From NCBI GenBank assembly GCA_044347345.1, contig JBIKUX010000043.1:1-12464 (forward strand): 12,464 nt of DNA, read 5' to 3'. Shown here one piece after another: positions 7,212 through 12,464 of this stretch. The stretch is from Bdellovibrionota bacterium. GTDB lineage: Bacteria > Bdellovibrionota_C > UBA2361 > JBIKUX01. The position numbers and the translations under genes were made by a program. Under the pieces are notes generated by a model. It saw only the letters and a list, made by a program, of their open reading frames with translations. It did no database searches and was not told the DNA's origin. Position 1 is the stretch's first letter; each line of letters starts with the position of its first letter.

Positions 7212-8072
7212 TTATCGGAAAGTAACAGCTTTTTCAACAGTCTTTAGCCAGTTATATACTTGTTCTGACTGTAAATTAGTAAAAGTAGTAACATCACCTG
7301 GATAGCATCCCAGTACACTTCCTTGTGAAACTACCCCAGCTATAGCAGGGGTTCCATCTACTAAAACAATTAGTGGTCCTCCTGAATCACCGTTACAGAC
7401 ATTTACGCCACCTTTTTGGAACTCAACAAAGATGTGATTTGGAGTAACTTCCTCTACCCTCATAGAACCCGCCTCTAGCGTTGCAGCGTCAATCCCTGCT
7501 TCGCTTTCTCCCTCAACTCTTTTACCATAGCCGTAAACAAAACCATCCTCGCCGTTTTTTGGTTGACGTGAAGCTAAAATTGGTAAAGGTGTTATGTTGA
7601 AAAAAGGTTTTTCAAGCGTAAGTAGTGCTACATCATTAAAAAGGCGATCTGAATTTTCAGGTAAGCCAAAACCAGGAGGGATAGAAACCAAAGTAGAAAT
7701 TACCCCTTGAGCATTTCCTGGTTCACCGATAATTATGATATAATCTACCGCTCCCAATCTAAATGCAGAGTCATTTATGCAGTGAGCTGCTGTCAATACA
7801 ATCGAAGGAGCAATAAGAGAACCGGTGCATATCCCGGTTACATCGTTAGCGGTTACTTCAATCACACGTACGATCGCTGACTTTTCAGGAGACTGACAAG
7901 TTCTACCCCCGATTATTTTGGGTATAAGTCCAATAATGTTACAGCTCTCTTTATCAGATAGAGACGGAGAGTTATCATCATTACTCTTATTTGAACCACT
8001 ACTACAACTAGTAAAGACGGTAACGATTAGTGCAAATTTTACTACAGAATAGAAAACATAGGAGATTTTCAT
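7212..8072 (-). CDS. Trypsin-like (S1) serine protease, predicted lipoprotein
   Basis: Catalytic triad motifs LTAAHC, NDVALL and CNGDSGGP; signal peptide ending in lipobox-like VFTS-C23; K|IIGG activation-type motif at residues 52-56. Confidence 0.92.
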   Translation of the reverse strand: MKISYVFYSVVKFALIVTVFTSCSSGSNKSNDDNSPSLSDKESCNIIGLIPKIIGGRTCQSPEKSAIVRVIEVTANDVTGICTGSLIAPSIVLTAAHCINDSAFRLGAVDYIIIIGEPGNAQGVISTLVSIPPGFGLPENSDRLFNDVALLTLEKPFFNITPLPILASRQPKNGEDGFVYGYGKRVEGESEAGIDAATLEAGSMRVEEVTPNHIFVEFQKGGVNVCNGDSGGPLIVLVDGTPAIAGVVSQGSVLGCYPGDVTTFTNLQSEQVYNWLKTVEKAVTFR

Positions 8073-8138
8073 AAAGAATTTTAATGTTCAATTCGTTACA
8101 TCAGTTTAATCTCAAAAACTATTTTTAGTGCGCTCGTT

Positions 8139-8597
8139 CTATAGAGAACTTTTTAGACGCCTAGATATTTCAAGCTTGACTTCGCGTTCTTTAATTTGGG
8201 CTCGTTTATCTGATACATCCTTACCTTTTGCGAGTGCAATTTCAAGTTTTGCACGACCTCCTTTTAGATATAGCTGCAAGGGTATAATTGTCATTCCTCG
8301 CTGTTCTACTCTTCCTTTGAGTAAGTTAATTTCTCTTTTATGTAATAAAAGTTTCCTGGGTCGAACAGGATCGTAATCTTGGACGCCTCCACTGTGGGTA
8401 TACTGTTTTATGTGAGCACCTAGAAGATAAATGCCATCTGAGAAAGGGCGAACATAAGATTCATCTAGGGAAATTCCACCGGATCTTATGGCTTTTATCT
8501 CCATTCCAGTGAGAATTATTCCAGCCTCTAATTTTTCAATAATGTGATATTTGTGGTAAGCCTTGCGGCTTACAGCAATTACTTTGATTTCTGGCAT
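8139..8597 (-). CDS. smpB: SsrA-binding protein SmpB
   Basis: RKAYHKY.I.EKLEAGI.L.G.E.KAIR, RPRKLLLHKREI, TIIPL.LY, KLEIALAKGK...DKR and basic C-terminal tail; 152 aa. Confidence 0.97.
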   Translation of the reverse strand: MPEIKVIAVSRKAYHKYHIIEKLEAGIILTGMEIKAIRSGGISLDESYVRPFSDGIYLLGAHIKQYTHSGGVQDYDPVRPRKLLLHKREINLLKGRVEQRGMTIIPLQLYLKGGRAKLEIALAKGKDVSDKRAQIKEREVKLEISRRLKSSL

Positions 8598-8623
8598 ATT
8601 TTAGATAATTTTTATCCGGTTCC

Positions 8624-9442
8624 TCAGCGATAACAGTAATTTTCATCAGGGAAAGAACCTTCTCGTACTTCATGTTGAAAAGTTTTGAGAGCGGTGACTA
8701 TTTGACCATCAAGGTCTATGTACTGCTTTGCAAATTTCGGTTTATGTTTTGTTAATCCAAGTAGGTCGTGTATTACTAGAATCTGTCCTCGGCAATGAGG
8801 ACCAGCACCAATTCCAATTGTAGGAATTGATAGGCTTTTGGTAATTTCTTCTCCAAGCAATGTTGGGACACCTTCTACAACTACAGCGAATGCTCCGGCT
8901 TCTTGAATAGCTAGTGCGTCAGATAATATATCGTTGCGACTTTGCTCTCCAAAAGCAGCTTGCGATTCGCTTGTTCTTTTCCCTTGAATTCGAAATCCTC
9001 CCATCGTTAGATATGATTGTGGTGTCAGCCCAATATGACCTAAAACTGGAATTTCAGCATCTGTTAATGCTTTTATAACTGCACTACGTTTTTTGCCTCC
9101 TTCTAATTTAACGGCATCTACTCCACCTTCCTGAATCAATCGACCGGCAGCCCTGATAGTATCTTCAATGGATATGTGAAAAGAGAGAAATGGCATATCT
9201 CCAACAACTAAAGAATGGTTTATACCCGAGGTAACGCATCGACAGTGATATACCATCTGGTCGAGTGTAACTGACAATGTATTTGGTTTGCCTTGAATTA
9301 CTTGGGCTAAAGAGTCACCTACGAGAACTAGATCGATTTCAGCGTCATCAGCTAATCGTCCAGTGGTGTAGTCATAAGCAGTTACAGCCACAATTTTTTC
9401 TTCTTGTTCGACGATACTTCGGGCGGTTCGTTTTTTCTTCAT
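8624..9442 (-). CDS. panB: 3-methyl-2-oxobutanoate hydroxymethyltransferase
   Basis: TAYDY, LVGDSL, GDMPF, AVKLEGG, GHIGLTPQS, PTIGIGAG..C.GQILV.HDLLG, PKFAK.Y motifs. Confidence 0.96.
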   Translation of the reverse strand: MKKKRTARSIVEQEEKIVAVTAYDYTTGRLADDAEIDLVLVGDSLAQVIQGKPNTLSVTLDQMVYHCRCVTSGINHSLVVGDMPFLSFHISIEDTIRAAGRLIQEGGVDAVKLEGGKKRSAVIKALTDAEIPVLGHIGLTPQSYLTMGGFRIQGKRTSESQAAFGEQSRNDILSDALAIQEAGAFAVVVEGVPTLLGEEITKSLSIPTIGIGAGPHCRGQILVIHDLLGLTKHKPKFAKQYIDLDGQIVTALKTFQHEVREGSFPDENYCYR

Positions 9443-9555
9443 ATAGAGTATGCTTATATTTGAAGATACTTATAGTAACTTTCTATTTTCTTTTCTTTTT
9501 AAGAGAAAATAGTTAATGCTGATTAAAGTGTACCGTTTTTTTCAGAGAATTCCCA

Positions 9556-10620
9556 ATGAAGCCCATTAAACAAGCTTTCGGTGACCATCTTATTCTAGGA
9601 CTTGAGGGTGATTCGCTGACTGATGATGATCGCATGTTACTCGAGCAGTTTCGACCTATTGGTATTTTATTTCTTGAGCGAAATTTTTTGCGTGGAGTAC
9701 CCTATCAGGTTTGGTTTAGCCGTTTTATCTCGCTGCTAGATGAGATAAGAGAGCTTACTAGGCGAGATCGCTTAATACTTTCAATAGATCATGAAGGAGA
9801 TAGATGGGTTAGAACTCCTTCTCCGATAACTAGATTTCCTGTGGCTTCGTTATATCGTGAACGTTCATTTGAAGTTGGTAAGGCTACTGCCTTGGAGCTA
9901 GCTTCCCTTGGTCTTAATTTATCATGGGCTCCTGTTTGTGACGTTCACTCAAATCCTACTAATCCAATCATTGGACCCCGAGCATTTGGTACGACAGCCA
10001 ATGAGGTGGGCGAATTTGCTTCTGAATATTACCGAGGACTTCGGGCTGGTGGAATTGAGGGGTGTGTTAAACATTTTCCAGGACATGGAGATACATCTGT
10101 TGATTCACATTTAGCGTTGCCTGTTGTGGCAGCTTCTGAGCAAATTCTTCTTGAGAGAGAGATTGCAGCTTTTCAATCTTCCTTTAGGTCTGGCGTGCCA
10201 TTTGTAATGACTGCCCATGTGCAATATCCAGCATTAGACCAAAAATATGAAGCGACTCGCTCAAAAAGTATTTTAACTGATTTATTACGCTCTCAATGTG
10301 GTTTTAATGGTGTAGTAGTCTCTGATGACCTTGAAATGAAAGCTGTGAGTTCTGAGTTTTGTGATGAGCAAAGTTTAGAATCTGCATTTCTGGCTGGATG
10401 TGACCTATTTATTGTTTCGCGCTACATTGATCGTGGTAGGAGTTTTGTTGAAAAACTCGCAAAAAATTTTCATAATATTGTGGATTCAGAAAGTGTAGCA
10501 TTAGCTAATGGCAGGATAGGAAAGGTTATAGACTTAGTTCCTCAACCAACACCAATTTTATTAGATAAACTAATTTTTCAGCGTCATGCTGAGTTAGCTT
10601 TATCCCTATCTTATTTATAA
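9556..10620 (+). CDS. nagZ: GH3 beta-N-acetylhexosaminidase (NagZ-like)
   Basis: SIDHEG, APVCDV, IGPRAFG, NagZ signature KHFPGHG...DSH, MTAHV, nucleophile motif SDDLEM. Single domain, no signal peptide. Confidence 0.9.
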   Translation: MKPIKQAFGDHLILGLEGDSLTDDDRMLLEQFRPIGILFLERNFLRGVPYQVWFSRFISLLDEIRELTRRDRLILSIDHEGDRWVRTPSPITRFPVASLYRERSFEVGKATALELASLGLNLSWAPVCDVHSNPTNPIIGPRAFGTTANEVGEFASEYYRGLRAGGIEGCVKHFPGHGDTSVDSHLALPVVAASEQILLEREIAAFQSSFRSGVPFVMTAHVQYPALDQKYEATRSKSILTDLLRSQCGFNGVVVSDDLEMKAVSSEFCDEQSLESAFLAGCDLFIVSRYIDRGRSFVEKLAKNFHNIVDSESVALANGRIGKVIDLVPQPTPILLDKLIFQRHAELALSLSYL

Positions 10621-10630
10621 ATGAGAAAAG

Positions 10631-11473
10631 CTATTGGCGTTCTCCGAACTTTCGTCGTGGTTGTTGAACAAATTTATTAGGTTCTGAATTAATTTGGTTG
10701 ATTTTCTTTAAAGGACGCAGGAATTGTGTCTTACCATCATCAATTAGTGGGGTTAGTGCTTCCTGATCTTGATTAGGAGCAGAAGAGTCAGACGGAGGGG
10801 TATCGTTATCTTGCAGAATTAGAGTGCCGCTTAGCTCTGGGTCGATGGCTTGAACTTGTGTCTGAGGTTGTTGAAAAATCGGAATTGGGTTAGATGTGAT
10901 TTCGTGATTATTAATGTCAGACGGATTCCCTATATTTTCATTGTCTTCGAAAAGTGGGGATAATTCCAAATTTATCTCTCCTCTGTCTTGGGGAGGGATA
11001 ATTTCGTCACTGTTTATTTTGGGTTGAGACTTGGTTTCCTTGGGTTTCTTCAGTATTTCTGATGATTCTAGAGCTATGGGAGGATCAAAAGGGGTTGAAG
11101 CTATGCTATCGACTTGTTCTGGACCAATGAGAAGTACGGTATTAGAACCAGGTGAGACTGCAAGTTGAGTGTTTAAGTCAAGTGAGGAGCAGAGGTCAGC
11201 AGCTAGGAGTGCTATGACGGTTTCATTACTATTTAGAGAAGAGTACTCTTTATTCCATTCAGCTACTTCTTTTTCGTTTAGAAATACAGGAATGGTCGGT
11301 CGCGAATAATCTTGCATCATCGATACGATACAGCGGACAAGTTTGTCATTTTCTTTGACTATAGCTGGTATGTAAACTACTGATTGAGCTAATATTTCAT
11401 AGAAGTCTCTTCGCACAGATTCATTTCCATCAGCTAGTTGTTCTAGGTAATCTTGAAGGCCTTGATTGCTCAT
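10631..11473 (-). CDS. SseB-like N-terminal domain protein with a long acidic/Pro-rich disordered C-terminal tail
   Basis: FYEILAQSVVYIP...TIPVF...LAVSPGS pattern resembles the SseB N-terminal family. ATG at 11473, preceded by AGAGG, is preferred over the TTG at 11494 given in the ORF track. Family call is by eye. Confidence 0.65.
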   Translation of the reverse strand: MSNQGLQDYLEQLADGNESVRRDFYEILAQSVVYIPAIVKENDKLVRCIVSMMQDYSRPTIPVFLNEKEVAEWNKEYSSLNSNETVIALLAADLCSSLDLNTQLAVSPGSNTVLLIGPEQVDSIASTPFDPPIALESSEILKKPKETKSQPKINSDEIIPPQDRGEINLELSPLFEDNENIGNPSDINNHEITSNPIPIFQQPQTQVQAIDPELSGTLILQDNDTPPSDSSAPNQDQEALTPLIDDGKTQFLRPLKKINQINSEPNKFVQQPRRKFGERQ

Positions 11474-11632
11474 ACTTCTTCCTCTTGAGCTCAACCGATT
11501 TGGCAGGTTTCTTGATGTTATAAGATTGTCTCTCGTGCCCTAAAATCTATCGAGCAATTTCTCTTACTTCTTAACTCATTCTTCCCTAGGTCTCTGTTAC
11601 GTAGTAGGTTTGTCTATGGGAGTTTTATTAAG

Positions 11633-12283
11633 ATGAACAGAACTAGTCATTCGAGTGAACAAATTCGAAGAGATACGGTTTTAAAGATTTTAACAAAACT
11701 GTATCCGGATGCTGCAACTGAACTTGTGTTTGGATCAGATTTTGAGCTTTTAATAGCAGTTGTTCTTTCAGCTCAATGCACTGATAAGAAAGTAAATGAG
11801 GTTACTCCAGAACTTTTTCGGCGTTATTCATCCCCTGATCGGTTAAGTCGTGCCCGTCTTGCTACGATTGAAAAGATTATCCGTCCAATCAACTATTACA
11901 AGACAAAGGCCAAACATTTGTTAAATTTAGCTAAGGGATTAGTAACACAGCATGATTGTAAAATTCCCAAGACGCATGAGGAGCTAATTAGACTCGCTGG
12001 TGTGGGAAATAAGACAGCTAATGTTGTGCTTTCAGAGCTTGGACTAGCCAATACATTTCCCGTTGACACACATGTTTTTCGAGTATCAAGAAGGCTTGGA
12101 TTAGCAGAGGGGAAAACTCGTGAGGATGTAGAGCGAAGTTTAAAACAACGAATTTCTCAAATTTATTGGCGAAAACTTCACCACCAACTCATCCTCCATG
12201 GCCGACGAGTCTGTACAGCACAGCGCCCCCGATGCATCTCATGTGCTTTAGCTCAAAATTGTTCTCAGAGAATTAGGAATTAG
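11633..12283 (+). CDS. nth: Endonuclease III (HhH-GPD DNA glycosylase/AP lyase)
   Basis: FELLIAVVLSAQCTD, HhH motif LAGVGNKTANVVL, VDTHVFRV, and [4Fe-4S] motif C-X6-C-X2-C-X5-C (CTAQRPRCISCALAQNC). Confidence 0.97.
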   Translation: MNRTSHSSEQIRRDTVLKILTKLYPDAATELVFGSDFELLIAVVLSAQCTDKKVNEVTPELFRRYSSPDRLSRARLATIEKIIRPINYYKTKAKHLLNLAKGLVTQHDCKIPKTHEELIRLAGVGNKTANVVLSELGLANTFPVDTHVFRVSRRLGLAEGKTREDVERSLKQRISQIYWRKLHHQLILHGRRVCTAQRPRCISCALAQNCSQRIRN

Positions 12284-12360
12284 GGAATTAGTAAAGAATT
12301 AGTAAAGGAATTAGTAAAGTGTCAGAGAATTAGTAAGGAATTAGTAAGGAAATAGTAAAA
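12265..12360 (+). repeat. Imperfect tandem repeat with GAATTAG(TAAA/TAAG) units
   Basis: Exact GAATTAG at 12270, 12277, 12285, 12296, 12308, 12327 and 12338; variant GAAATAG at 12349. TCAGAGAATTAG occurs twice (12265-12276 and 12322-12333). Confidence 0.9.
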
Positions 12361-12464
12361 ATCTGGTAATGACTCTGTTTGTTTTTGAGATTGTTTTATA
12401 TTTTGGGGAAGTTTGGGTGTTAAATAAGAGATGGATGTGTAGATTTATCTACTTGATTACTTGG

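Noticed and set aside
8128..10114. ORFs 8128-8376 (+), 9277-9516 (+) and 9908-10114 (+)
   Set aside because: Antisense or out-of-frame overlaps of smpB, panB and nagZ with no independent coding evidence.
12265..12452. CRISPR array (repeat tract plus GTAGAT-TT-ATCTAC palindrome at 12439-12452)
   Set aside because: Units are 7-12 nt without unique spacers, the palindrome occurs once, and there are no cas genes in the window.

Overview
Low-GC bacterial chromosomal segment made almost entirely of housekeeping genes. On the + strand: the 3' end of a flagellin gene, a DUF4124-like/SLT lytic transglycosylase, pgsA, smc and ftsY. A ~720-bp non-coding gap follows, then a convergent - strand block (read panB, smpB, trypsin-like S1 protease lipoprotein), then nagZ (+), an SseB-like protein (-) and nth (+), whose stop codon lies inside a GAATTAG(TAAA) tandem repeat. 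I see no mobile element, CRISPR array, rRNA or canonical tRNA, and no clear new multi-gene system. The points most worth checking are: (i) a structured, relatively GC-rich stretch after ftsY that folds by eye into a ~145-nt rod (candidate 6S-like or other ncRNA); (ii) an atypical Smc with a large acidic head insertion carrying an SspB-like ClpX-docking-type motif, a degenerate hinge glycine motif and short arms; (iii) the repeat tract overlapping the nth 3' end. Gene content is compatible with a Bdellovibrionota/deltaproteobacteria-like organism, but this is inference only. All folding and motif calls were made by eye.
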